From positions 85,808,001 through 85,872,000 of the forward strand of contig NC_086374.1 in NCBI RefSeq assembly GCF_036588685.1: a stretch of 64,000 nucleotides of DNA. Direction: 5' to 3'. Shown one piece after another: positions 1 to 13,305 of this stretch. The stretch comes from Mytilus trossulus. Lineage: Eukaryota. A program made the position numbers and the translations under genes. Below the pieces are notes generated by a model. The model was not told the DNA's origin. It did no database searches and saw nothing but the letters and a program-made list of their open reading frames with translations. How positions within the stretch are numbered: the stretch's first letter is position 1; each line of letters starts with the position of its first letter.

Positions 1-2136
1 TTACTGAGTCAATAGACTTATAAAACATATAAAGAAAAAACATTCAAATAAGGAACAATTAGATTAGGGAGAAATTTAATTGAAAATATACTACGGATTG
101 CTACTGACATTTATTCTGGACTATTATAAATAAATGGGGAATGTATCCATAGGACACAGATGTTGCCAAATCTTCACAAGAGTCCTAATGACACAGAAAT
201 TAACAAGTATGGATCACTGTACAGCCTTTAAAACAATATAAAGCAAAGCCAATTCTGCAAAGTCAGTTTTGATGTTTTGACCTCCAGTTTATGTTCTGAC
301 CAGTGAACTTATTGAAATACATCTCCTATCATTTATTTGATTACACAGACTTAATACAGAAGAATTTCTGGAGCCTCACATCCAGCACAGCCTTAGAAAA
401 TAAATACAATAAAGCAATAATACAACAGCTATATTAATCATCGATTGTCCCTGATTAATTTCACCTAAATAAACAAAATCTGTCAGGAATAGCCATATTG
501 CTATAGGTACTAGCTGTTATTTGATGGTCTTTATATCAATTTATCCATTACAATAATAGGAAAACTGACATTAAGAATAAATTAACATGGAGTCAGTGGA
601 TATATGAGGCATGATATTAATGATACCATAGGTACTTATATCAGGGCTTCTTTTTAGTTTATTTATTTCTTAACAAGATTCAATCAAGCCTTCATTTTCA
701 AATTAAAACTTCAGAAAATCTAAATATCTGTATACAATCCATTATGTAAAATTGAAAATGGAAATGAGGAATGTGTCAATTCAGAGACAACAACCCAACC
801 AAAGAGCAGACAACAGCCGAAGGACACCAATAAGCCTTCAATACTTCCACACCTGGAGGCGTGCTTAAGCTGAACCCTATTAATTTAAATCATACTAGTT
901 TTCTGCTAACTTTTAAAGATGGAAAAAATTAGTGTGCCACACTTGTGGGGGTATACCAACAACCAATGATTATGCTAGATCCAAATGGCACTATAACCTG
1001 AAGACCTAAATGCAACATAAATCAGAAACTACCTTTATAAAGTTGTGAAAACATTCAACAGAAATCGAAGTAATCAAATAAAGCTGAATAAATAAATCTT
1101 ATGTGAATGGTTGTATATGCAGGCCTTCTTTATATACAAAGATTTTTTTCTCATAGGATAAGTATTCCTTAATTCAGAATTTATCTTTCATCAAGATGCT
1201 TTCTAATTTTTTGTAATTTTGGGGGGGGAAATTGTATACTTGCCCAATCAATTGTGTCCCTTTATTAGTTCAATCGTCAAATTTGATTTTTTTTTAATAA
1301 TATATATATATCCTAAGATAGATAAATGAGAAGTTTCTTTTTAACATTCATCAAATAAAATACTTTCACAAGTGGTGAAAAAAAAACTGGTGGCATTCAT
1401 AAACAAAAAACTACACCAAAAAGCTTAAAATACTATATGATCATTTTTATTAAAATTTCCTGTCTAGACCCTCAAATTGATTACTAGCATTAGTAGCAAT
1501 TAATATGAAATATGTTCACTGTAATTTGCTGACCATAATACATCCCAGAATAAAGAATGCAATCAATATTAAATAAAGTAATTCCATTTAAAGCATGCTA
1601 TAAACTGTACTATATGATTCAGACTCTATCAACACGGTAAATCACTAAAAATGTGGAATAAATATTTCTGTAGGAGTGTAACTGAATCAACTGGCCTGAC
1701 AATATCAATCAATAGAAAAATTCTAAATTTAAACAAAACCACACTCATACTTAATCATATAATTGGTGGGTCCATTGGTTTCTACAGGTGGGAAGAAAGA
1801 CATCTACAAGTCAGGTGATATTCTAGTTCTTCACATCCTCTGCATGTAATGTGTAACTCATGGTCTTTGAAGTTTTAATAGTGGGAGGGGGATATGAATT
1901 AACTTTATACCAGAACTAAAACATGATGACTCTGTGGAGCCCAGCTATTCTATTAATCAAAAGACTTAGCAAACTCTTAATCATGTGATCCCTTATGTTC
2001 CAGATATTAATCAAAATTTCCAGGTACTAAATCTGTTTTCCAGGTACTAAATCTGTAAGTCCCAAAAAATCTCAATAAGGCCAGATAATGGACTGAATAA
2101 GGATCTTTTAGGAGCTTTAAGTTTATCAAGTAAGTA

Positions 2137-5100
2137 TCACCTGTTTACATAGAATATATCATGTGATACTCTGATCCCTGGGATTTGTCAGGTGAGAGGA
2201 TAAGTCACCTGTCTACATAGAATATATCATGTGATACTCTGATCCCTGGGATTTGTTAGGTGAGAGGATAAGTCACCTGTCTACATAGAGTATATCATGT
2301 GATACTCTGATCCCTGGGATTTGTTAGGTGAGAGGATAAGTCACCTGTCTACATAGAATATATCATGTGATATTCTGATCCCTGGGATTTGTTAGGTGAG
2401 AGGATAAGTCACCTGTCTACATAGAATATATCATGTGATACTCTGATCCCTGGGATTTGTTAGGTGAGAGGATAAGTCACCTGTCTACATAGAATATATC
2501 ATGTGATACTCTGATCCCTGGGATTTGTCAGGTGAGAGGATTAGTCACCTGTCTACATAGAGTATATCATGTGATACTCTGATCCCTGGGATTTGTCAGG
2601 TGAGAGGATATTAAAGTCACCTGTCTACATAGAGTATATCATGTGATACTCTGATCCCTGGGATTTGTCAGGTGAGAGGATAAGTCACCTGTCTACATAG
2701 AGTATATCATGTGATACTCTGATCCCTGGGATTTGTCAGGTGAGAGGATAAGTCACCTGTCTACATAGAGTATATCATGTGATACTCTGATCCCTGGGAT
2801 TTGTCAGGTGAGAGGATAAGTCACCTGTCTACATAGAGTATATCATGTGATACTCTGATCCCTGGGATTTGTCAGGTGAGAGGATAAGTCACCTGTCTAC
2901 ATAGAGTATATCATGTGATACTCTGATCCCTGGGATTTGTCAGGTGAGAGGATAAGTCACCTGTCAACATAGAGTATATCATGTGATACTCTGATCCCTA
3001 GGATTTGTCAGGTGAGAGGATAAGTCACCTGTCTACATAGAGTATATCATGTGATACTCTGATCCCTGGGATTTGTCAGGTGAGAGGATAAGTCATGTGT
3101 CTTCATAGAGTATATCATGTGATACTCTGATCCCTGGGATTTGTTAGGTGAGAGGATAAGTCACCTGTCTACATAGAGTATATCATGTGATACTCTGATC
3201 CCTGGAATTTGTCAGGTGAAAGGATAAGTCACCTGTCTACATAGAGTATATCATGTGATACTCTGATCCCTGGGATTTGTTAGGTGAGAGGATAAGTCAC
3301 CTGTCTTCATAATGTATATCATGTGATACTCTGATCCCTGGGATTTGTTAGGTGAGAGGATAAGTCACCTGTAAACATAGAGTATATCATGTGATACTCT
3401 GATCCCTGGGATTTGTCAGGTGAGAGGATAAGTCACCTGTCTACATAGAGTATATCATGTGATACTCTGATCCCTGGGATTTGTCAGGTGAGAGGATAAG
3501 TCACCTGTCTACATAGAGTATATTATGTGATACTCTGATCCCTGGGATTTGTTAGGTGAGAGGATAAGTCACCTGTCTACATAGAGTATATCATGTGATA
3601 CCCTGATCCCTGGGATTTGTTAGGTGAGAGGATAAGTCACCTGTCTACATAGAATATATCATGTGATACTCTGATCCCTGGGATTTGTCAGGTGAGAGGA
3701 TTAGTCACCTGTCTACATAGAGTATATCATGTGATACTCTGATCCCTGGGATTTGTCAGGTGAGAGGATATTAAAGTCACCTGTCTACATAGAGTATATC
3801 ATGTGATACTCTGATCCCTGGGATTTGTCAGGTGAGAGGATAAGTCACCTGTCTACATAGGGTATATCATGTGATACTCTGATCCCTGGGATTTGTTAGG
3901 TGAGAGGATAAGTCACCTGTCTACATAGAATATATCATGTGATATTCTGATCCCTGGGATTTGTTAGGTGAGAGGATAAGTCACCTGTCTACATAGAATA
4001 TATCATGTGATACTCTGATCCCTGGGATTTGTCAGGTGAGAGGATAAGTCACCTGTCTACATAGAGTATATCATGTGATACTCTGATCCCTGGGATTTGT
4101 CAGGTGAGAGGATAAGTCACCTGTCTACATAGAATATATCATGTGATACTCTGATCCCTGGGATTTGTTAGGTGAGAGGATAAGTCACCTGTCTACATAG
4201 AATATATCATGTGATACTCTGATCCCTGGGATTTGTCAGGTGAGAGGATTAGTCACCTGTCTACATAGAGTATATCATGTGATACTCTGATCCCTGGGAT
4301 TTGTTAGGTGAGAGGATAAGTCACCTGTCTATATAAAGTATATCATGTGATACTCTGATCCCTGGGATTTGTTAGGTGAGAGGATAAGTCACCTGTAAAC
4401 ATAGAGTATATCATGTGATACTCTGATCCCTGGGATTTGTTAGGTGAGAGGATAAGTCACCTGTCTACATAAAGTATATCATGTGATACTCTGATCCCTG
4501 GGATTTGTTAGGTGAGAGGATAAGTCACTTGTAAACATAGAGTATATCATGTGATACTCTGATCCCTGGGATTTGTCAGGTGAGAGGATAAGTCACCTGT
4601 CTACATAGAGTATATCATGTGATACTCTGATCCCTGGGATTTGTTAGGTGAGAGGATAAGTCACCTGTCTACATAGAATATATCATGTGATACTCTGATC
4701 CCTGGGATTTGTCAGGTGAGAGGATAAGTCACCTGTCTACATAGAGTATATCATGTGATACTCTGATCCCTGGGATTTGTCAGGTGAGAGGATAAGTCAC
4801 CTGTCTACATAGAGTATATCATGTGATACTCTGATCCCTGGGATTTGTTAGGTGAGAGGATAAGTCACCTGTCTACATAGAATATATCATGTGATACTCT
4901 GATCCCTGGGATTTGTCAGGTGAGAGGATAAGTCACCTGTCTACATAGAGTATATCATGTGATACTCTGATCCCTGGGATTTGTCAGGTGAGAGGATAAG
5001 TCACCTGTCTACATAGAGTATATCATGTGATACTCTGATCCCTGGGATTTGTCAGGTGAGAGGATAAGTCACCTGTCTACATAGAGTATATCATGTGATA

Positions 5101-6355
5101 CTCTGATCCCTTGGATTTGTCAGGTGAGAGGATAAGTCACCTGTCTACATAGAGTATATCATGTGATACTCTGATCCCTGGGATTTGTTAGGTGAGAGGA
5201 TAAGTCACCTGTCTACATAGAATATATCATGTGATACTCTGATCCCTGGGATTTGTCAGGTGAGAGGATAAGTCACCTGTCTACATAGAGTATATCATGT
5301 GATATTATGATCCCTGGGATTTGTTAGGTGAGAGGATAAGTCACCTGTCTACATAGAGTATATCATGTGATACTCTGATCCCTGGGATTTGTCAGGTGAG
5401 AGGATAAGTCACCTGTCTACATAGAGTATATCATGTGATACTCTGATCCCTGGGATTTGTCAGGCAAGAGGTTAAGTCACGTGTCTTCATAGAGAATATC
5501 ATGTGATAATCTGATCCCTGGGATTTGTCAGGTGAGAGGATAAGTCACCTGTCTACATAGAGTATATCATGTGATACTCTGATCCCTGGGATTTGTCAGG
5601 TGAGAGGATAAGTCACCTGTCTACATAGAGTATATCATGTGATACTCTGATCCCTTGGATTTGTCAGGTGAGAGGATAAGTCACCTGTCTACATAGAGTA
5701 TATCATGTGATACTCTGATCCCTGGGATTTGTTAGGTGAGAGGATAAGTCACCTGTCTACATAGAGTATATCGTGTGATACTCTGATCCCTGGGATTTGT
5801 CAGGTGAAAGGAAAAGTCACCTGTCTACATAGAATATATCATGTGATACTCTGATTCCTGGGATTTGTCAGGTGAGAGGATAAGTCACCTGTCTACATAG
5901 AGTATATCATGTGATACTCTGATCCCTGGGATTTGTCAGGTGAGAGGATAAGTCACCTGTCTACATAGAGTATATCATGTGATACTCTGATCCCTGGGAT
6001 TTGCTAGGTCAGAGGATAAGTCACCTGTCTACATAGAGTATATCATGTGATACTCTGATCCCTGGGATTTGTTAGGTGAGAGGATAAGTCACCTGTCTAC
6101 ATAGAATATATCATGTGATACTCTGATCCCTGGGATTTGTCAGGCAAGAGGTTAAGTCACCTGTCTTCATAGAGAATATCATGTGATACTCTGATCCCTG
6201 GGATTTGCTAGGTCAGAGGATAAGTCACCTGTCTACATAGAGTATATCATGTGATACTCTGATCCCTGGGATTTGTTAGGTGTGAGGATAAGTCACCTGT
6301 CTACATAGAGTATATCATGTGATACTCTGATCCCTGGGATTTGTTAGGTGAGAGG
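2137..6355. repeat. 68-bp tandem satellite, about 62 near-identical copies, probably intronic
   Basis: Unit AAGTCACCTGTCTACATAGAGTATATCATGTGATACTCTGATCCCTGGGATTTGTYAGGTGAGAGGAT; CACCT at 2206 and 2274 gives a 68-bp period; no unique spacers. Confidence 0.97.
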
Positions 6356-6586
6356 TATAAGATACCGGTAACACATTTCAGATAATAAAATCCAAAAGCA
6401 GCTATGAAAGTCATAATGTCCAGAGAGAGTTAACTTTTATATTTGGAACAATTACAAATATGTAAGATCTTATAAAACACCAAAAAATATATCTCATAAT
6501 TTATTTTGATATAAATTTGTTTTGCTGAAAAACTGACAATAAGCGTGACAATGAAAAAGAAAAAAGAAGTATAATTTACAATTACA

Positions 6587-7204
6587 ACAAGAATGTGTCC
6601 ATAGTACACAGATGCCCTACTCGCCTTATAATTTTCTATGTTCAGTGGACTGTGAAATTGGGGTCTAAAGTCTAATTTGGCAATTAAATTAGAAAGATCA
6701 TATCATAGGGAACATGTGTACTAAGTTTGAAGTTGATTGGACTTCAACTTCATAAAAAGCTACCTTGACCAAAAACTTTAACCTGAAACTTGCACTATTA
6801 TTTTCTATGTACAGTGGACCGTGAAATTGGGGTCAAAAGTCTAATTTGACAATAAAATCAGAAAGATCATATCATAAGGAACATATATACTAAGTTTGAA
6901 GTTGATTGGACTTCAACTTCATCAAAAACTACCTTGACCAAAAACTTTAACCTGAAACTTGCACTATTATTTTCTATGTTCAGTGGACCGTGAAATTGGG
7001 GTCAAAAGTCTAATTTGACAATAAAATTAGAAAGATCATATCATAAGGAACATATATATTAAGTTTGAAGTTGATTGGACTTCAACTTCATCAAAAACTA
7101 CCTTGACCAAAAACTTTAACCTGAACGAATGGACGGAAGGACGGAAGGACGGACGCACAGACCAGAAAATATAATGCCCCTCTACTATCGTAGGTGGGGC
7201 ATAA
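6587..7204 (+). mobile_element. Non-autonomous Helentron/HINE-type element with three 169-bp internal core repeats
   Basis: Starts ACAAGAATGTGTCC; TGCACTATTATTTTCTATG at 6791 and 6960 (169-bp period); GGACGGAAGGACGG microsatellite; 3' hairpin ATGCCCC...GGGGCAT; this is the known bivalve HINE layout. Confidence 0.75.
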
Positions 7205-8490
7205 AAATATATATCTAATATATGGTAGCTCTGTTAGTATATCAATGAAACAAAAATAGTTTTTTGGTCTTAAACAGCTTCTAATTTGGTCTTTACGCCT
7301 TCATGTAAATGCATGATTAAGGAGATCTATCATTACAAGTGTCAAAGATATAACTAAAAATAAATAGTTCTGCTTTTAGCTCATACAAAGACCAAAACAA
7401 AACATCTTCCAATTTGAAAGTCACACTTCTATAAATAAATGTCTTAATTTCACTTCTCTCACTAACCCTCTTGACTATGTGTCGATCACAAATAAACTAA
7501 TACCATTATCACAACCTAACCTGCTCCTATGCCCTAAAGAAAGCTTAGAAATCAATTGTTAATTCGGTTGTAAACATGTCAGAATTATGATTAAATATGT
7601 TATAAACGGACAATATAATGTCTTGTTATTTTATTAAGTATCCTACTCTAGATCTTATTAACCTCTAGTGTATCTACCTCCCGATCTCTACGACAATCTC
7701 TACGACTTCTGCCGTATGTTGGAATACTGGATTTATCGGAAATCAATGACAAAAGCATTCATTTTCTTACTCCAAGTAAAACAAAGGAATTAGGCTCTAT
7801 GATCTACACCATTTTTGTCGTATTATGTGTTACTATTTATAGATTTGCTGTTGCAGCTTGTCATTTGTTAAACATGTTGGTCAGTTCAATAATTGAATAT
7901 GGAATGACAATAAATCGGTAATGCAGATTAGACAACTCTTTATATCAAAGCTGTATTAACATTTGGTTACTGGTAAATAATCAAATCCATTATTGGACAA
8001 AAAATGTTGAAACTATTAAAATCAAAGTCAATAAAAACAAGTATATACAAATATGATAGAAGAAAAAAATGGTCCTCAATCTATTCTTTTTTTATCAACA
8101 CACAATTAACACTATCCTTTTTTACTTAGTATCTAAACTACTTTTATTTAAAATATGAAGTAACTGAACTTATTTCCCCAGTCAAAAAACATCACATAAA
8201 TACATTTTCAAACATGAATTCATTTTCTTTCATATTAGAAAGTATGATGAGCCAACATTTTTTTCCTTTTCAATTTGAAAAACCAAAACGGATTTCACAT
8301 CTACCTTGTACTAAAAAAATACTACATATGTTTGAAAGATGTTAAAAGTATCTTAAATTTATGAATCTTGTTTTGTATCATGTATCTAACATGGCTTCAA
8401 ACTTCAAGATTCAGTCCAGTTGTTCACATCATAGGGACCACAAGTGTCCTTTCTGCACTAAATGTCCAGAATATATAAAACAATTATTAT

Positions 8491-8736
8491 TACAGCTAAT
8501 TTTCTAATGCATGTAAAGCAAAACCTTGGTTGGCTTGCTTGCTTTGTTTGTATAATTGTTTAAACATGCTTTGTAAATAAGATTTACATCTTTAAACAAT
8601 ATATTTAGGCATAGTTTAACCTGTATATATAATATTTGATTTTAATTGGGTGTTATCCTAATGATTGTACAATATAAAAACAAAGCAAGAAGGCTAACTA
8701 AAGTCTTGCTCTACATGCTTTAGGAAAGTAGCTGTA
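8491..8736. repeat. Imperfect inverted repeat, probable old MITE/foldback
   Basis: TACAGCTAATTTTCTAATGCATGTAAAGCAAAACCTTGGTTGGCTTGCTTGCTTTGTTT pairs with AAACAAAGCAAGAAGGCTAACTAAAGTCTTGCTCTACATGCTTTAGGAAAGTAGCTGTA. Confidence 0.6.
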
Positions 8737-8928
8737 AGTTAAAATCTTATTTTGACAGGCTTGAAAAAATTAGTTGAGTTTTTTATATTGCATCTTCACA
8801 AAATGATTAACAGATAGTTTTAACAATATACCCACTTATGTACGCGAGTAGCTACAGTTTTACTTACAAAATACAACAGCAAACTTTTCCATCAAAAGAA
8901 ATGGCAAAAATCATCTGATATATATAAT

Positions 8929-9043
8929 AGGCTCCGTGTTGAAGGCCGTACATTGACCTATAATGGTTTACTTTTTTTTTTAAATTGTTATTTGGATGGA
9001 GAGTTGTCTCATTGGCACTCACACCACATCTTCCTATATCTAT
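8929..9043 (-). repeat. Abundant dispersed repeat (AGATATAGGAAGATGTGGTGTGAGTGCCAATGAGACAAC family)
   Basis: Same sequence recurs near 12.1, 15.0, 21.6, 23.3, 24.3, 26.4, 27.6, 52.1, 52.8 and 61.2 kb in both orientations. Confidence 0.85.
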
Positions 9044-9145
9044 AAGTCTTGGATTTTTGACATGAAATTGTAAGCTGATTTGTAGTCTGATAGACTTTTA
9101 CTCCAGTATAAAGGTTATGGTCTTATATAATAAGTATAAGTATAA

Positions 9146-9296
9146 GGGGTGGATCTAGCCATTTTTAAAAGAGGGTTCTAAACCCAGTAGAAAAAAAGGT
9201 GGGTTTGTCCACTTTCAAATGCATTGATAGTCCCAAAAAAAAGGAGGTTCCAACCCACAGACCCCCCCCCCCCCCCCCCATCTGGGATCTGCCACT
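9146..9296. mobile_element. Small MITE with GGCGGATCC-type terminal inverted repeats
   Basis: GGGGTGGATCTAG ... CTGGGATCTGCCACT; related copies near 34719-34840 and 36069-36203. Confidence 0.6.
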
Positions 9297-9536
9297 TACT
9301 ATATATAAAACATTAATCACTAATGCTTCACAAGTCTTGACAAGTTGTGAATAAATGTAATGGAGGGTACTAAGTAATGTCATCCTCGTTTTAAAATCAC
9401 AAAAACCCTTATAGAGACTGGACAAAGAGAATGCACACTACAATAATACCTAGATTCTGTAACACGCCCCCTCCTCCCTTAAGCCTCAAAGTTGAAATTA
9501 TATGTTTTTGACAAGACTGTAAGATAGTTTTGACCA

Positions 9537-9958
9537 CTTACCATTATGTATAGTATTAACACTGTGATTGAATGACTTACCATTATGTATAGTATTAACA
9601 CTGTGATTGAATGACTAACCATTATGTATAGTATTAACACTGTGATTGAATGACTAACCATTATGTATAGTATTAACACTGTGATTGAATGACTTACCAT
9701 TATGTATAGTATTAACACTGTGATTGAATGACTTACCATTATGTATAGTATTAACACTGTGATTGAATGACTAACCATTATGTATAGTATTAACACTGTG
9801 ATTGAATGACTAACCATTATGTATAGTATTAACACTGTGATTGAATGACTAACCATTATGTATAGTATTAACACTGTGATTGAATGACTAACCATTATGT
9901 ATAGTATTAACACTGTGATTGAATGACTTACCATTATGTATAGTATTAACACTATGAT
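9537..9958 (-). repeat. 39-bp tandem array (11 donor copies) derived from a DGK exon end plus 5' splice site
   Basis: Minus-strand unit AATCACAGTGTTAATACTATACATAATG|GTWAGTCATTC; first copy overlaps exon 10090-9932. Confidence 0.95.
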
Positions 9959-10090
9959 TTGACTTTTTTGACGATGATCTAGAATGAGTGGATACATCAG
10001 GTGTACTATCGTCCCCGGCTGCTAACGATTTCTCTACGGCAGGATTGGCTGTCACAGCAACAGCAGGATGTGTTGACGCTGATGTTGACC
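9932..10090 (-). CDS. DGK: Diacylglycerol kinase (type I) coding exon 4, Ser/Thr-rich linker GSTSASTHPAV...SKKSNHSVNTIHN
   Basis: Acceptor TTCTTGTCTACAG (AG at 10092-10091) and donor G|GTAAGT at 9931; phase 1 to phase 1, in frame with the preceding exon. Confidence 0.75.
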
Positions 10091-12934
10091 CTGTAGACAA
10101 GAAAATATTTTGATAAAATTCTATATATTGTGTCGTAAACCAACCTAATAGACGCACTCTCTCAAATTTGATTTATATCACATTAAAATATATGCAAGAA
10201 TTAAAAGTTCCAAGGAAACAATGAACAATACTGAACTCATTATAAAGTATCACAATGTTTTTTTGTTACAAATCATGATGTATTGTTTTATGTGTACATG
10301 TTATGCTGCCCATCAAGGGCCCTTGATTGGAATAATAAATATTCTTATTTTTATTCTTATTCTATCACACTGTCTATTGTTGGGACTGGAGACCCCTCAA
10401 CCCTTCACTAACTATAAACAAGACTTCTGACGATTGTTGGAGACCATGTGACCTTGATATAAATAGACAACCATGCCCAATAATATAATGACAATTTTCT
10501 TTTTGATTTCTTGTCCTAAATATGCATGAAATATTTGCCACTGGATGTTAAGCAAACAACCATTAATCAATCTATTTGATTTCATATCATAGATTCAAAT
10601 TTTACTGTTATTCATATGACATATATGAGAATTATTTATTTTTGAGGTAAGAGTGGCTTTGAGATGGATATTTCATTTATTTTTTTTTAATTTTTAGCTC
10701 AGATATCCTTTTTAATAACCCCACTTGGTGACAAAATTAGCAATAGATTTTAAACTGAGGTCACATATCATCAGTGCATGCATATGGATATAATAATTTT
10801 GCAAGACAATAATTGCTGCTTTTATCCTTAATGATAAAGTCACATTTTTTGATAACATTTTAAGTTTTAGATCAAATAGAACCCTCAACAAGGTCTCTTT
10901 TTTTATCATGTAATTTATATGTAAAAAGAACAAACAAAAAATATAAATCAGATTGATGCATGATAGTGACTCTTCAAATTAAAGAGGTTATTCCAGCATG
11001 ACGTTCTTCAAATGCTTTGAGTTAGCAACTCACTTGTGGTAAAATATGAATATATTGATATGAAAGCTGATTTGTGTGAACCTTTCCAATCTAACTCCCC
11101 CGTCATATGCTTTTTATGAAATAAGTTACCGATAGGGTTTGCCATTTGTGCTGATATTTTACCCCTTGCTTATATTCAAGGTTAAATATTACGCATAAAT
11201 GGCCAACCAGTGGTCAAATCTATATAAATTCAAGCCCCCAATTGTATTATTTCTCAAATTTTAACTATTTCAAGAAAATATGTATTTTGTATATGAATTC
11301 AAATACCTTCCGAAGCCTGCACAACAAAAGGGTGGAGCAATTAATTTCTATTTTAGGCGTGCGTTTTATTTCAGATTACATTTAGAACATAAAATGTCAG
11401 GTTCCAAGGTCTTCCCATAAGAAATCATGATAATAGAAGCACAATCTGTCAAATTAATCTTACATAATGTCTATTCTGACTCCCACATCTACTTAATATT
11501 TAATACCTGACATTTATAATATTCTGTCATCATAAAATAGAATTAAAATTAATTAGGGGAGATGGTCCTGAGCGTGGTTGTTGTGTAACTACTACTGTAT
11601 AGAGTCTGTGCTAAATTGTCTGTCAGATTGACTCAAACAGAAACACAGCGCCAACATTACTACACGTCAAGATCCCCAAGGCTATAATCAGATGATAATA
11701 TCAAAACTTTATTAAAAAAAAATATTTTCCTAATATTCATATTTCATAAGTAGTTATAGTTTTTGAAGTATTTTAATCCCCTGGCACTCAAAGGAATAGC
11801 CCACAAAGTTTTCATACTTCCTACATGTCAACATTTTGATTAAAATGAGAAAATATGAAATTTATTTTTGTAAAATGACAAATTGTAACAACATCTGTCA
11901 CCTTAAGATGACTGCATGTTTACCCCAGTTTATTTCGTTTAGTTTCGCTCCTGTCATGTTGACATATTCCCCACATTTCCCTTAATTCATCTTATTCATG
12001 TATTTCAAATTGTTGAATACAAATATTTCAAAAAAGGACGTACAGCCGTTAGTTTTCTTGTTTGAATTGTTTTACATGTCCAATCAGGGCCTTTTATAGC
12101 TGACTATGAGGTATGGGCTTCGCTCATTGTTGAAGGCCAGATGGTTACCTCTAGTTGTTAATGTCTGTGTCATTTTGGTCTTTTGTGGATAGTTGTCTCA
12201 TTGGCAATCATACCACATCTTCTTTTATATACATGTATCATACCATAATGTTGAAACTAAGAATTAAAATTTATGATATTTTCTGTTTGTTTCAGGTTGA
12301 AATATACAAAAAAAGTGCTGCATTGTTATTTCCTGGTATTCCGGTCTAACCAGTTAACTTATACAATTGTTGATTCAGTATAATGAGATGTCTGGTGAAA
12401 TTGTGGTAATGTTTCGTTATATCCAAAGGAAAGTCCAGTGAAATTATGAACCTAACCAATAATTTTAATATTGTCCAGTCGACTATTTAAAATTTTTGAT
12501 ACATGTACTATGATTATTTTTTAGTTTACATATTTGTATTAATGTGTGTATTATTGGAAAGTTTTAAACGCAGGCACTAGATTGTCCTATTTTCTTGCTT
12601 TTTTGTTGATATGGTCTTAGATTTTTACTTGAACCCTTTTCAGTACATCAATAACTCTATATAATAAGGGTTATCTAAGTTCCTGTTTACTTATGGTGAT
12701 CAATTACATAATTTAAAGATTTCAAAAAGTTCTATTTTCTAACTTTTGTTTAAAAGATATTCTCCGATTTCTTACTTTAAACTATTTTTTGTACATGAAT
12801 AATTCCATAGAATTTGGATTACCTCAGTTGTACGTTGATCCTCTTATATATTAAGACAAACATGATGGCCCCTATTATCACATATTGGTGTACAATATTT
12901 GACAATTTAGAGTTGAAGTTATTCTATATAACAA

Positions 12935-13305
12935 CTTTTAAACTGAGTTTTACTGTGCATATTGTTGTGTGTTTGTTTTTTCTACATTGGCTAGAGGTAT
13001 ATGGCGAGGGTTTAGATCTAAAAAAAAATACACATTTAATTAGCCCCATTTTTGCACCTGTCCCAAGTCAGGAGCCTCTTGTCTTGGTTAGTCTTGTATG
13101 ATTTTTAATTTTAGTTTCTTGTGTATATTTCGGAGTTAATCACTGAACTAGTACACATTTTTGTTAAGGGGCCATCTGAAGCACACCTCTGAGTTCTCGA
13201 GGTTTCTCGCTGCATTGAAGACCAATTGGTTGACTTTGTCGTTGTCTCCTCTTTGGTCGAGTTGTTGTCTCTTTGACACATTCCCCAGTTCCATTCTCAA
13301 TTTTA
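12935..13305 (+). repeat. Abundant dispersed SINE-like repeat (GGGAGGGTTGAGATCTC...CCCAAGTCAGGAGCC...CCATTCTCAATTTT family)
   Basis: Copies near 0.75-0.9, 19.9-20.3, 26.5-26.7, 31.2, 34.9, 46.27-46.58 and 53.0-54.46 kb. Confidence 0.85.

Noticed and set aside
2137-6355. 68-bp array as a CRISPR array, hammerhead multimer or third exon-derived donor ladder
   Set aside because: No unique spacers; no CUGANGA plus GAAA core on either strand; the minus-strand CAG|GTGACT is donor-like, but the adjoining sequence has stops in all three frames and no DGK similarity
9479-9997. 172-aa hydrophobic ORF (ILYIMVSHSITVL repeats)
   Set aside because: Alternative-frame translation of the 39-bp array; the real exon is in another frame
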